IMG/VR virus record: IMGVR_UViG_3300032280_000788
Span: 1 to 63,300 of that record
DNA: 63,300 bases
Reading direction: 5' to 3' (one strand)
Origin: a virus
Lineage: Duplodnaviria > Caudoviricetes
Position numbers and translations under genes: made by a program. The notes under the pieces were generated by a model, which made no database searches, had not been told where the DNA came from, and saw only the letters and a program-made list of their open reading frames with translations. The first letter of the stretch is position 1, and each line of letters begins with the position of its first letter. Positions 20,401 through 29,973 of this stretch are shown piece by piece.

Positions 20401-20856
20401 CATACAGTACTTCTTCACGGTGTCAAGGCCACAATAACTGCAAAAACAACCGCTAATGCCTCATTGACTAGGGATAAGGATAGTCAATCTAATGATCTAA
20501 CTACTGGCGAGGGTGAGTCGTTTGATTACAACCACTCATTTACTGCTGTAACAATACCGCCAACCATCCACCAAGCTATTAATTTTTCTAATTCTGAAGA
20601 CCAAACAGAAAGCGTAACCGCTACATGTCAATCTGGGTGGGTTGGCTATGGTGGTTTTCCTTCGGCTAATGTGCTTTCTTCAGTTACAAGAGACGTAAAA
20701 GGAAAAGTTGAACCAAAATCTTTAGAAAAAACTTCACCAGAAGTAATACCTAGCAATGGTTTTTATATTATAAAAAGTACTGTCGAGCCCTACAAATGGG
20801 GTTACGCAAAATGTATGGTTATTGTGCTAGATGCTTCGGAAATAGGTCACGAATAA
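17419..20856 (+). CDS. Large repeat-containing putative structural protein (~125-aa repeats)
   Basis: QKxTTNEKQ...VDIQSEALGDGTY..RK recurs at about 18199, 18577, 18952 and 19327. Confidence 0.7.
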   Translation: MPISQLPQAPYRQDRKVFPTPIVGDVLFSEIRDCNRGNAFPEYGTPHPNAQRWPDHKLVFIKPVDIERNEIFEFFYAADRENQDLYNFSFGLQSVGTNRQFRAVQREYVTLRENFQPLDIPFGNPMPDTPEGKFDGVEYVFFQKQQKRIDQQELDSLYVAEAHTYIEKAFLDDKLSYATQRTDPLPSKFQILVPEQVFEQIVEGAAEMPVLTGSDLSVKEDQLNLDLKLVLSAREDQLNPDVKLVRTVTRDRSPLPVSLDQKATTNEKQLATVTETVQSGDTIEEPSATVDIESQALGDGTYVVRKTEVPELFTAKSYSAENPDLVPPKFRAALPTTTEEASEVGVAAPITLESGDLAATEQQQNKFVKRKRKTKRDLTSLPQALYQKTTTNEKQLATVVETLQVGDTSESPSALVDIQSEAMGDGTYVVRKVSVPALFTAKSYSVERPDVTPPKFKALIPETTTQQNSIGSAVQPRLTDGVLAITEQQVDQFVKRVVTSQRTATLPKILTQKATTDEKLVVKITETLQTSEAVEPATAKVDIQSEALGDGTYIVRKTEAPEVFKATVYSEERPDNVPLKFRSNLPVRTTEESTEGTVVKPVLKIGQLSVEEKQQNKYVKRVRTSERNIANAQVLTQKETTNQKQVATVFESFKAGDTDVQPSATVDIQSEALGDGTYIVRETRLPSLFKAESYSAQKPDIIPDRFKTELETVTEEKFVEGNAEPVSLNNGELQRTEQQINAFVYREQVVRRDLADSVELDPVERTYVEGTKVTVKEKLSADSAAKTGLHIVQSEVTNVGDGKFIVQTVEVSQWPKLTSSEWDYELNTQIQKTEEFVAPPTDFSDENVQFKIVNEDRSLKIKETAPEAELEQYHMSFPVRIDVQLPNVLKKVDVKWINEKAEGDYKTDWQGSSSGDRVSLSGGETNSVDSSCTVRPELVIDIEQPWGADLPATAHVFFIKGRAGRIFSESDIRGKVSELAGGSVQAWPVFKPVSHTVLLHGVKATITAKTTANASLTRDKDSQSNDLTTGEGESFDYNHSFTAVTIPPTIHQAINFSNSEDQTESVTATCQSGWVGYGGFPSANVLSSVTRDVKGKVEPKSLEKTSPEVIPSNGFYIIKSTVEPYKWGYAKCMVIVLDASEIGHE

Positions 20857-20877
20857 CTTATAAATTATTAATTAATA

Positions 20878-21102
20878 TTGTTGATGAATATTACCCAAGA
20901 TATGCGGGAAGATATTGAAGAAGATATGAACGAGTTTATGGAAAAATCACTAAACGATTTTTACTCCCTAAAAAAAACTCCTAATCTTACGCCGAGTGAT
21001 TTAGCAGATGTAATAGAAATTCGTAAAACAGAAGACCCATTACGACCAAGAAAGCTTGCAAAACCGCCGAAACCAATACGTATCTATGGCCCATGTAGAT
21101 AA
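20878..21102 (+). CDS. Hypothetical protein
   Basis: Short ORF in an AT-rich block; the start codon is uncertain. Confidence 0.45.
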   Translation: MLMNITQDMREDIEEDMNEFMEKSLNDFYSLKKTPNLTPSDLADVIEIRKTEDPLRPRKLAKPPKPIRIYGPCR

Positions 21103-21114
21103 AAGAATTAAAAA

Positions 21115-22506
21115 ATGAATGGTAATATTGATAAGCTCAAACGATCTCCTAGGGTAGATAATCAATTATTTCTTACCTCAAATAATTTTTATGGGGATAT
21201 TGATAAATTTGTAAAAAAATCTTTAGGGCAATTGTTAATACCAAAAAAATCTGAGCATATAGTCACGACTAAAACGCCCGCTACGGTATCACGCACTATA
21301 AAGCAAGACCCCTACCAGCCACGCATCGTTGAAGAAATAGTTGGAGTTAGGAAAATTAAAAAAATATTTAATCCCTGTATTGTCCCAATTCTTTTCCAAG
21401 TGAGAAAGGGATCTGGTTCTGCTTTTATCTCCAATAATAACCTCCATACAGGTACAAGTGGTCAAATACTTTACGCCAGCGCCACACTTGAATATAATGA
21501 TTCAGTATTTAAAGCAGCTGACTGTACCGTAAAAAGGCAGGGTAGTGGATCACATACTGCCAGAAAATATACTAGAAAGACCGGAAATCATATTATTACG
21601 GGTTTTGATGGTTTACCCTCCTCGACGTTTACTAAAACTTGCGATGATGCGGGATGTGAGGAATATGATTATGACTTTTGCCCGCAAGGACCAACTACGA
21701 CAGGTAAGTTGGATGTACTTAATATTGAGGGTAGAATTTCGTATTGTAATAGTGGGGACACCCAGACTGGTATTGGATCTTGTGTCAGCGGGGCTCAATG
21801 CAAAATTATTGAAAACTTGCAGTGTAGCGAAACTTCAAGAACATGGGTCATAAAACGGCTTGGTGAGCTTAACAATTTCGAGTATGAAACGTATACGGAA
21901 AAAATAAATTTATCAAATGGATATACTAGGGAAGATCCCGAGTCATGGGCACGCGCAAACTATAAATCTAGCACTATTGATTATCGGTCAAAATTTCCTT
22001 TTGACTTTGTGTCAGAAGTGAATTCTTTGGCCTATTCGACGACTAGTGCTTTTAATTCATTCGGCGGATTCACTAGTGACTCAGTGCTTCTATCCTCGTC
22101 GGTTACTATTGAGGGGGCTTCATCTTATAGATTAATTGTACCAGCTGTACGATCTGGTGAAGATACTTTTGCGCCGTCCCCTACTGGTTATTTGAAAGTT
22201 TGGTTAGAAAGAATTTTATATATAAGATTTTTTGACAGCACAGGTCCAGTATATGAGTATATTAGCGAAAAATTTACTAAAGTAATTAAAGACACAAAAC
22301 CAAAAAGTACAGTACTTTTAGGACCAGACTGGGATCCAGATTCTGGCCTCGGCGCATATTATCCATCAGATGATATACCACTTCGAGATCATTTAAACGG
22401 ACCCCTAGTTACCCCCAGCGTACAATTCGAGAAAGCCGTGTGGATTAATGTAATAGGATATACTACTGACGAGTATTATGAAGGAGACGATCCGCCACAG
22501 CAATAA
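21115..22506 (+). CDS. Hypothetical protein with a Cys-rich centre
   Basis: 463-aa AT-rich ORF. Confidence 0.7.
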   Translation: MNGNIDKLKRSPRVDNQLFLTSNNFYGDIDKFVKKSLGQLLIPKKSEHIVTTKTPATVSRTIKQDPYQPRIVEEIVGVRKIKKIFNPCIVPILFQVRKGSGSAFISNNNLHTGTSGQILYASATLEYNDSVFKAADCTVKRQGSGSHTARKYTRKTGNHIITGFDGLPSSTFTKTCDDAGCEEYDYDFCPQGPTTTGKLDVLNIEGRISYCNSGDTQTGIGSCVSGAQCKIIENLQCSETSRTWVIKRLGELNNFEYETYTEKINLSNGYTREDPESWARANYKSSTIDYRSKFPFDFVSEVNSLAYSTTSAFNSFGGFTSDSVLLSSSVTIEGASSYRLIVPAVRSGEDTFAPSPTGYLKVWLERILYIRFFDSTGPVYEYISEKFTKVIKDTKPKSTVLLGPDWDPDSGLGAYYPSDDIPLRDHLNGPLVTPSVQFEKAVWINVIGYTTDEYYEGDDPPQQ

Positions 22507-22537
22507 TTAACTGCATACATGATCTACAAAAACCATA

Positions 22538-22567
22538 AAACTAAACTAAACTAAACTAAACTAAACT
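22538..22567. repeat. (AAACT)6 microsatellite
   Basis: Six perfect copies ending 4 nt before ATG 22572. Confidence 0.95.
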
Positions 22568-22571
22568 TATA

Positions 22572-22976
22572 ATGGACAATACAGAGAACACAATACCACC
22601 AAAAGTGCGAAAAATAATGGACTATATCGCTGCGTCCAAAGAACAACATAAATTATATCATAATGAAGCATTTGGCCTTCAAGACCCAACTACCGACAAT
22701 CAACCTGATAAAACACAAGACTTAGATTTGAGTATTAAACCACCAGCTTTTACAGAGATGATTAGGTCGGCTAGTTCATCAGTATTTAACTTTGCACAAA
22801 GTGGTTTCTCAGTGGTGAATGCGGAGACTCTTTCTGCACGAGAATCCTTATGTAAAAGCTGTGAGTTCTGGGATTCAGAAGCTATTAACGGCACTGGTCG
22901 CTGTAAAATATGCGGGTGCGCAACATGGGTAAAGCTTAGGATGGCCTCGGAAGAATGTCCAATCGGCAAGTGGTAG
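22572..22976 (+). CDS. Cys-rich zinc-binding protein (DUF6171-like C-terminus)
   Basis: R...CKSC...RCKICGC...K...CPIGKW. Confidence 0.7.
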   Translation: MDNTENTIPPKVRKIMDYIAASKEQHKLYHNEAFGLQDPTTDNQPDKTQDLDLSIKPPAFTEMIRSASSSVFNFAQSGFSVVNAETLSARESLCKSCEFWDSEAINGTGRCKICGCATWVKLRMASEECPIGKW

Positions 22977-22983
22977 TCTGTTC

Positions 22984-23012
22984 TTGACCCCCAACCCTTT
23001 TTCCTGTAAATT
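22984..23012 (+). promoter_or_regulatory. Sigma70-like promoter
   Basis: TTGACC-N17-TAAATT. Confidence 0.55.
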
Positions 23013-23022
23013 CTGACCTGTT

Positions 23023-23151
23023 ATGAAGACCAAGACTAAAAAGCAAGTGGCCTACCTGCTTAGTAAAGTTAGCCCCCTCAGCGACAAACAAGAAGGCAAG
23101 CTGAAGCGTGAGCTTCACAGCGGTGAAGTCAAAATCAAACCCAAAAAGTAA
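23023..23151 (+). CDS. Small basic protein (42 aa; not in the ORF track)
   Basis: MKTKTKKQVAYLLSKVSPLSDKQEGKLKRELHSGEVKIKPKK; TAATG overlap with the next gene. Confidence 0.6.
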   Translation: MKTKTKKQVAYLLSKVSPLSDKQEGKLKRELHSGEVKIKPKK

Positions 23152-24074
23152 TGCACGCAACCACACTAGGATATCTAAACCAGCAGCTTAGTAGCTACAT
23201 AGCCCCGGGCCAAAGTTTCGCGCCGAGCCTTAACCAAGCGCTGGAAACCATTTACGGAATGGGCGCTTGGCGGGACCTTACAATTCAGGGTACCTTTAGT
23301 TGTGGCAACGGGTACTTTAGTTTACCAGACTTGGGCGAGAGTGTGTTGTACGCCGCTGTTGACAATCAGTCTGTGCGCGTGCGCAGCTTGTGGCACGACT
23401 ATCGTGTTAATGGATTTTCCGAAGACAACCTTATTAATTTTGGTATTGTCGATGACGGATTTAGACCAGTTCAGGTTGACTTGCCTTCTAGCGGAGTTGA
23501 CGTGTTGTTTGCGGTTCCGTCCGCAGAAGCTATTGGGAACGTGAGTCTGAACGAAAATAATGGCGAACAAATTAAAATAATTGGGTACGGCTCTAACAAC
23601 TATGTTCTCGCAGAGCAACTTGGAGCGACCTTTGACTTCCCAGAAATTGTTACCGGAATTCACGAGCTCCAGTATAGCGGGCTAGTTAACCGCTACGACA
23701 TTCGTTTAACTGCCAACGACCCAGCCACCACAATTGCGACCGTGGGTCCCGGCGACGCTGTTGCACGTTTTAGACGATACCGCGTCCCACAAGCAAAGGC
23801 CGGAAGCTTCGCCCACGTACTTTGTAAGCGAAGGTTTATTCCCGTTCAAAATGATTCCGATTCAGTATACATTAACAATATCCCGGCGCTAAAACATGCA
23901 TTGCTCGGAGTATTGGCTGAGGACAACGCAGACCTTGAGCGCGCTGAGATTCACTGGGCCAAGTGCCGCCAGATCTTGGATGAGCAGCTCGACCAGTACC
24001 GAGGACCTGCCCGCCCCAGTCTAGATCTTCAGCTAGCCGGGGACGGTATTAATAGCATTAGTAATTTTTACTAA
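23151..24074 (+). CDS. Putative head-tail adaptor/tail protein
   Basis: 307 aa with helical N- and C-termini around a beta core, an adaptor-like layout (inference). Confidence 0.5.
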   Translation: MHATTLGYLNQQLSSYIAPGQSFAPSLNQALETIYGMGAWRDLTIQGTFSCGNGYFSLPDLGESVLYAAVDNQSVRVRSLWHDYRVNGFSEDNLINFGIVDDGFRPVQVDLPSSGVDVLFAVPSAEAIGNVSLNENNGEQIKIIGYGSNNYVLAEQLGATFDFPEIVTGIHELQYSGLVNRYDIRLTANDPATTIATVGPGDAVARFRRYRVPQAKAGSFAHVLCKRRFIPVQNDSDSVYINNIPALKHALLGVLAEDNADLERAEIHWAKCRQILDEQLDQYRGPARPSLDLQLAGDGINSISNFY

Positions 24075-24085
24075 ACAGTAAAGCG

Positions 24086-24787
24086 ATGCCAGAGTCATTT
24101 CAACAGGCAGTAGAGTCTAGGTTTGCAGCCTTACCATCCGCTGCGGTTATCGCCGGGATTGAACAGGCTAGAAGAAAGTTACAAATTGGGACGGTGCCGG
24201 GGGCCTCTAAGGCTTTAGCTAACGTAAAACCTTTGGTCAAGGGGGCTCGAATAATAGACGGGGCTGTTCAACTTGGAAAAACTGCGTACCTAGTTGGTAA
24301 AGAAGGAGCTAGAGAAGGCCATGCAGAAGCTGGCGAGGCTTTGACAAAAAAGTCATTACCCCGCCAAGTTGTAGAGACTATACTAAATACAGCGGGCTCG
24401 ATGTCAAAGTACGGCGCGTATAAGGAAAAGTTAGATAAAAAAGCCTTTGAAGAATCCCTTAAGAAAGAACCTACGGCAAACTGGGTTGCCGAGCAAAATT
24501 ATGGTAAAAGACCTGACGGAACTGATAAAGGCCCCGGCTACCTCGGAGCTTTAAAGCTGCCCGACGGCAGCGTCGCTACGGAGTACACCACCCAAAGCGA
24601 CGCGGTAAAGGTCAAAGGAAAACGGATTGACTTCCCGACTCTGGTCCCTACCCTTAGTAAAGAAGAAGTCTCTGCGCTGCAAAACGATATTATTCCGAAC
24701 AAGAAAGATATTCCTGAGCCTGTTATGCGCAAGGCTATTGATCACGCTAACGCGCGGCTGCAAAAAGGTCTTAGCGTTTTTAAATAA
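24086..24787 (+). CDS. Hypothetical protein
   Basis: 233 aa; C-terminal YGKRPDGTDKGPGYLG...PTLVPTL domain. Confidence 0.7.
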   Translation: MPESFQQAVESRFAALPSAAVIAGIEQARRKLQIGTVPGASKALANVKPLVKGARIIDGAVQLGKTAYLVGKEGAREGHAEAGEALTKKSLPRQVVETILNTAGSMSKYGAYKEKLDKKAFEESLKKEPTANWVAEQNYGKRPDGTDKGPGYLGALKLPDGSVATEYTTQSDAVKVKGKRIDFPTLVPTLSKEEVSALQNDIIPNKKDIPEPVMRKAIDHANARLQKGLSVFK

Positions 24788-24791
24788 TACT

Positions 24792-25019
24792 CTAGTAATT
24801 TTTACTAATGTAGTATTGGACCGCGGCCCAGAGCTCGTACTGGATCTCAATTGGTCCAAACTCATCGTTGCGGAATCTGCTGTAGATAATTTCAGCGCAG
24901 TCCCGGCACCACTTTATTAGCGTCTCCTCGTCATTTACTGGCAACTCGTCAATGCCCATAGGTCCAGATCCAAACCAATGAAGTCTGGGCCGTCGCAAAT
25001 CGGCGTTGCGGCGACCCAT
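24792..25019 (-). CDS. Hypothetical protein
   Basis: 75-aa ORF ending the - strand operon. Confidence 0.5.
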   Translation of the reverse strand: MGRRNADLRRPRLHWFGSGPMGIDELPVNDEETLIKWCRDCAEIIYSRFRNDEFGPIEIQYELWAAVQYYISKNY

Positions 25020-25050
25020 AATTCTCCATACTCGCTTTGCAGAGCAAACT

Positions 25051-27189
25051 TTAGTTGTCCTTGCTCTGTGTCGATATAGTCCATATTCTACCGCTTCCTG
25101 TGCTGACGCTAGTTATGCTGCGCAGCGTTGGGTTGGCCTTTGAGTACTCTTCCGCGCTGCTCAGATCCCGCTGCAAACGCATTGGGTCCTTAAGTAGCGG
25201 GAACGTCCTAAGCTCTTCGACCTTGTTCATTTCAACGAGAAGCTCGGTAGTGGTGCCGGTCCATTGCTCAACTTTTGGATTCGATTCCTTAAAGTACTTA
25301 AGGAAGATGTCCAGTAGTTCTGTTGAGCCCTGACGCGTACTGCTGTCCCTTGCGCTATTCTCAATTAGCGGGTGGAAATAACTACGTACGCCATAACGTG
25401 CGTTACCTAAAACTCCTAAGCCCGGCTCGTAGTCTAGCAACCACTTGGCAAAATGCGGTAGCTCTTTGCGGATTAGGGCCTCTTGTTTGTCGTTAGCAAG
25501 GAACTCGTGCCTTGCGTTGTCGCTAATCCTAAACGCCATTAGCTTGTCCCTGTTGCTGCTCTCCAAGTTGGGGATCATGCTTAGACTGTTAGGGTCCTCG
25601 TTTAGGGTAATAATAATACGGCCGAACCATGGAATGCTAACGCGGTCCGCATACTTGGCCTCGACCGCAACCCGTGGGTTCGCCACGAGCCTTTTCAACA
25701 TTTCCACAAACTTACGGTGGTCCGCAAAGTTTGTCGCGCTAACGGTATCGTCCACGGCCCAGACAGGAGCCTCGCTTAGGCTCTTGTTGAAGTTGGTCTT
25801 GGCGCTAAGGAACTCACTGGCGTCTTCTGCTCCACCCATAAGCTCGCCCATTATGAACTGGCTAAGCAGGGTCTTGCCGCGTCCCGCCACGCCTACAATG
25901 ATCACTGCGTGGCCACTAAGCTGCTGCTTGTAGTGGCTGGCCTTGTACGCGCGGCTAAGCCATGCGTACCAGAAGTCCAAAGGCATTGCGCCAATCTCGT
26001 CCGCAACAGGATCAAATAGTCGGCTAAAGAAGTCATACAGCCACGGCCAGTGGATTGGATCTCCAGAATCTGCAGGCGTAATGGCTTTGCAGCGGCTGGT
26101 GTTCACGTAACGGCGACCATCGTTATCCGCAACTATTTTGTCGGACCGGAACACAAAAGGCCCCGCCCCGTCCACACGATTGTTTGTAATAATGTAGTGC
26201 AGCGCACTTTCTACGTCGGAAACTTTTTGCCCCTTTTTCTTGTCGTAGCTGAACCCCGCCATTTTTAAGTGCAAAATAACATTGTCCCGAATATTGCGGA
26301 CCGGGCCCTGCGGACCAAAGATCCAGAAGTCTCTTCCGTCGTACCAGATATCGCTTACCCCGTCCACAAGACGACGGGTCTCGTACTGCTGGATAAACTC
26401 ATTACCGAGGATTTCTCTCCAGCTAATGAACGGCGCGCCAGCACGGTCGCTGTAGCACAGCATGCCTTCCTGCTTCACCACCGCACCGTCACGGTCAATG
26501 CCATCCTGAATCCAGAATAGTGGACCCCGAGCCCCTTCTACAAAATCACCTTTCCAGCGGTTCGGGAATCTCTTTTCAATTTCCAAGGCTACAGATTCAA
26601 GAGGCACGTTAACGTCGGTTACGGTTGTTTTCCCGAGGCCCGTTTTGAATACCGCGGTTAGGACATCGTCGGCGCTAATTCCCCCACCAAGCGGGGTCCA
26701 CTTGGTCCCAATATCGAAGTACTGGGACGGATTAACGCTGGTCTTGTCGTACCCAGCGTGTAGCTTGGTGCCTTGCACTAGCTTGGCCAAGTGCTCGAGT
26801 ACCCCTCCTGCTGTAAACTCGTTAACAATAGCTGGCGTAGCGAGCTCCCACACCAGCCGCAAGTAGCCGCTGTACGTAACCACAGCCCATGTTGGTTTGG
26901 GGGTTCCCTTACACCTTTTCTCAAGGTCCGCCTCAAGCGTGCCCCAGCTTACCGGAGCATCATAGTCTAAAACTAAGGCATGAATTTTACAGGCTGGGTT
27001 GTCTGCGTTAATGCGTTCTGCAGGATTTAAGCCCTCAACTCCGCTAATAAATGCGTGCTTGGTGTTTGCGTCACCACACCACATGCGGAACGCGCTTTTG
27101 CTAGAGAACGCCGGATAGATTGGCGTGTAAGTTTTTGGGTCAATTTGGAAGGCCGTGGTTGACCGTAGGTTACTAATTGCGAAATACAT
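25051..27189 (-). CDS. Primase-helicase (DUF5906/SF3-type NTPase C-terminus)
   Basis: N-terminal VLDYD primase-like motif; Walker A GVAGRGKT, Walker B WAVDD, IITLN sensor; adjacent to the polymerase. Confidence 0.75.
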   Translation of the reverse strand: MYFAISNLRSTTAFQIDPKTYTPIYPAFSSKSAFRMWCGDANTKHAFISGVEGLNPAERINADNPACKIHALVLDYDAPVSWGTLEADLEKRCKGTPKPTWAVVTYSGYLRLVWELATPAIVNEFTAGGVLEHLAKLVQGTKLHAGYDKTSVNPSQYFDIGTKWTPLGGGISADDVLTAVFKTGLGKTTVTDVNVPLESVALEIEKRFPNRWKGDFVEGARGPLFWIQDGIDRDGAVVKQEGMLCYSDRAGAPFISWREILGNEFIQQYETRRLVDGVSDIWYDGRDFWIFGPQGPVRNIRDNVILHLKMAGFSYDKKKGQKVSDVESALHYIITNNRVDGAGPFVFRSDKIVADNDGRRYVNTSRCKAITPADSGDPIHWPWLYDFFSRLFDPVADEIGAMPLDFWYAWLSRAYKASHYKQQLSGHAVIIVGVAGRGKTLLSQFIMGELMGGAEDASEFLSAKTNFNKSLSEAPVWAVDDTVSATNFADHRKFVEMLKRLVANPRVAVEAKYADRVSIPWFGRIIITLNEDPNSLSMIPNLESSNRDKLMAFRISDNARHEFLANDKQEALIRKELPHFAKWLLDYEPGLGVLGNARYGVRSYFHPLIENSARDSSTRQGSTELLDIFLKYFKESNPKVEQWTGTTTELLVEMNKVEELRTFPLLKDPMRLQRDLSSAEEYSKANPTLRSITSVSTGSGRIWTISTQSKDN

Positions 27190-27191
27190 AT

Positions 27192-28934
27192 TTATTTTGT
27201 GTAAATTTTTGTAATTGATCCCTCAGCGCTCAAAGGAATATCTGGAATCCATGGTGGGGGTGTGCTCATAATCTCGGTAACATGCTGAAGTGTTCGTTCA
27301 GCATCGGCGTCTGCACACTCAATAATTACTTCGTCGTGGACGTGCAAGATTATTTTGTGGCCAGCGTTCTCAATATTCATGAGCTGGTAGCAAAAAATAT
27401 CTCTGGCCAAGCTCTGGCTGCAGTTTTCTGTAATCATGCCGTGCCACGGGCGCACAGCCATTGGCTTACCATTGCGGACTAGTGTGCACGTTACGGACTC
27501 TGTTCCTTGGGTTACGTTGCGGTATGTAATTGAGTTGCCGCTAGGCAAGTCGATTTTATACTCGTTGCTGGTCGCGGCTAACTTGAGTTGTCGTTTGTAG
27601 GTTCTCCAAAGTTCTACAACTTTTTTCATTTTTGTTTGGTATAGGTTTACGCTTTTGTTGGCCTCTTTTTCTGAGCACTTCATAATCATTGCGTACTTTT
27701 TAGCGCTTGCTCCGTATCCGCAACCCAACACCATTCCTTTAACGGTCTGTCTTAGCTCCTTATTATTCTCACGCAGGGAACCCTTTGATTCGTCCCACAA
27801 CCCGAAACGAATTGCAAACGCCCCGTAAATGTCGTCGCTTTTACGAATCTCTTCTAGCGTCTCGTGGTCTTGAGCGAGCCAGCAAAGTGTGCGAACTTCA
27901 ATCTGACTAAGGTCCACGACAACCAAGGTGGTTCCCGGAGCCGCCTCGATTTGACTTCTTAGGTCCACACCAAACATCTCACCTCGCGGTAAGTTCTGAA
28001 GATTTAAGTTTCCACCGCTTCCGCTAAATCTTTTTGTGTGAGCCCCGCAATACATTAGACCACCATAGTAGCGGCCCAGACTTGTTCCGCGTTCAAAACT
28101 TTCGACCTTTTTCAATAGCGAATTAATGCGCCTCCAGTTCCGCACAGCGTATACCCAAGGAAATTTATCTGCGTGCTCGTCCATCCATTTCTCGCAGTCC
28201 TCGTCACCCATTGCCCAGCTTAGGGGCGGCGTAATCCCCGCGCTGCGGCAAGCCTTGTTTGCTTCTTTGCGGCTTAGCAGCGCGCCGGTATCTTTCCAAG
28301 GGATATTTTGTTCTGCGTCCCACAACACAACCCTTAGTTTCGCGGCGTTCGCTGCTATTTTTTCCTCGTTTACTGGGATGCCGCGCCAGCAAATAACGCG
28401 AGTGTGGCGGCTATATGCACGCTCAAACTCCGGCCAAGTTTCCTGCATAGCGTCCCATAATTTAAGACACCAACGGCTATCTTCCAACGCGTACTCGGTA
28501 ACTTCTTTTTTGAATTCTGGGTCCATGGAGTGCCAGTCTAGGCCCTTCATGTTATCGCGGGTACCCTTACTTATGTCGTGACCAAAAGTGTATTTAACGG
28601 CTTCCTTTAGGCTCCGCGGTCTGCCACAATAAGCCGCCATGTCCGCTGTGCAATGCCACTCCTTGTAGGCCACTAACGGCCACCAATTCTGGTTGACACC
28701 GTATATGTAAAGAGACTCATCGAAAAAGGCGTTATGGCTTAGGACACGCTGATCTTCTAACAGCGTCCAATCAAAATCTTTAGGGTGGCCACAGAACTCG
28801 TAACCGGTATCACTTACAACCGATACCATATAAGCGTCAAACTTAGGATGGGAGAAATACCCACGAGGCCCGTATACCCTAACAGAGCACTCTTTGTCAT
28901 AGTATGTTTCAAAATCTACTGCGTACGTTTTCAT
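27192..28934 (-). CDS. polA: DNA polymerase family A with 3'-5' exonuclease
   Basis: DFET (ExoI), HNAFFD (ExoII), YALED (ExoIII); DLSQIEVR (motif A), RQTVKGMVLGCGYG (B), VHDE (C). Confidence 0.95.
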   Translation of the reverse strand: MKTYAVDFETYYDKECSVRVYGPRGYFSHPKFDAYMVSVVSDTGYEFCGHPKDFDWTLLEDQRVLSHNAFFDESLYIYGVNQNWWPLVAYKEWHCTADMAAYCGRPRSLKEAVKYTFGHDISKGTRDNMKGLDWHSMDPEFKKEVTEYALEDSRWCLKLWDAMQETWPEFERAYSRHTRVICWRGIPVNEEKIAANAAKLRVVLWDAEQNIPWKDTGALLSRKEANKACRSAGITPPLSWAMGDEDCEKWMDEHADKFPWVYAVRNWRRINSLLKKVESFERGTSLGRYYGGLMYCGAHTKRFSGSGGNLNLQNLPRGEMFGVDLRSQIEAAPGTTLVVVDLSQIEVRTLCWLAQDHETLEEIRKSDDIYGAFAIRFGLWDESKGSLRENNKELRQTVKGMVLGCGYGASAKKYAMIMKCSEKEANKSVNLYQTKMKKVVELWRTYKRQLKLAATSNEYKIDLPSGNSITYRNVTQGTESVTCTLVRNGKPMAVRPWHGMITENCSQSLARDIFCYQLMNIENAGHKIILHVHDEVIIECADADAERTLQHVTEIMSTPPPWIPDIPLSAEGSITKIYTK

Positions 28935-28950
28935 ATTAGATCAAAAATTA

Positions 28951-28983
28951 GGCCGCGCGCGTAAATCTATACGCACGCGGCCG
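28951..28983 (-). terminator. GC-rich hairpin/terminator upstream of the polymerase gene
   Basis: GGCCGCGTGCGTA-TAGATT-TACGCGCGCGGCC then TAATTTTT on the - strand. Confidence 0.55.
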
Positions 28984-28998
28984 TTAATTATTTAGGGT

Positions 28999-29220
28999 TT
29001 ATTCTTCAAGCTCGAACTCGAGTTGATCGGCGGGTGCTGGGTTTGAGCGCAGGCGATCCATTTCGTTTTCGATTGCTTGACGAACTGTCTTAAGACCTTC
29101 CAGTTGAACCGCCAACTTAGTGAGGTTGCCCTCGAGCTCCTCAATAACAGCCTTAACGCTGTTACTTTCGCGGCTAAGATGCGTAAGCGGTTTTTCCAGT
29201 ACGACTAGTTTAGGGTTCAT
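28999..29220 (-). CDS. Coiled-coil hypothetical protein
   Basis: 73 aa with a heptad pattern; coupled to the upstream gene. Confidence 0.65.
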   Translation of the reverse strand: MNPKLVVLEKPLTHLSRESNSVKAVIEELEGNLTKLAVQLEGLKTVRQAIENEMDRLRSNPAPADQLEFELEE

Positions 29221-29903
29221 TAGGCGTTACCTCCTGCTACAAGTCGATTAATAAAGGCCACAACAGCGTCCGAGGACTTGTTAATGCTACGTCCAAGGAC
29301 CGGCACGTACCAACTGTACTTGCCGCGCTCAAGAAGCATAGCGCTAAGGTTCCAAACTTGCTCGTGCAGTTTCACGTCGGGGTTGCCAACGTGGAAGCTG
29401 TTAACAATTTTGAACGTGTGGTCGTACGCAAAACTCTGCACCGTAAGGCGAGCGAGTTGGTATGGTGTGTCGTTAAGAAGGAACGGAAACAACTCGGAAG
29501 CTTCTTCCTCGTCCAGTCCGTTAATCTCTTCAATGTGCGGGATTAGCACCGTAATATCTGCGCGCGGCACAATCTCACGGTCGGTCTCGCGCCTAAGTTC
29601 TTCCAGCTGCTCAAGAGAATATGCAACACGTGGTTGAATATCTCCATCATAAGGAACCTTTTCGGTCCAGCTTTTATGAATTGAAACAACGTTCACGGGA
29701 ATTTTTTTGCCCGCCGGAACAACTGTAACGCGTCGGTCCATAACCAAATCGCCGGGGTTACCCTCGATTTCGCTCATTTTATGGATACAATTAAGACGAG
29801 GAATATGGAAGTCCTCGGCATTGAAGCCTGCATTAAAGCTAGGCGCTGTAATCACATTTGCTGCCGGAGCAGCCACTACTGTTTCTGTATTTGGTACACT
29901 CAT
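29220..29903 (-). CDS. Putative single-stranded DNA-binding protein
   Basis: D..IPRL...GD...KYSWYVP, positioned between nuclease and polymerase (inference). Confidence 0.45.
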   Translation of the reverse strand: MSVPNTETVVAAPAANVITAPSFNAGFNAEDFHIPRLNCIHKMSEIEGNPGDLVMDRRVTVVPAGKKIPVNVVSIHKSWTEKVPYDGDIQPRVAYSLEQLEELRRETDREIVPRADITVLIPHIEEINGLDEEEASELFPFLLNDTPYQLARLTVQSFAYDHTFKIVNSFHVGNPDVKLHEQVWNLSAMLLERGKYSWYVPVLGRSINKSSDAVVAFINRLVAGGNA

Positions 29904-29973
29904 AACTCTGTTTTCTTTTTTACAGCTATTGTTATTTTACTGGCTACAATTGCTGCGGTACTTGCCTTCAGTT

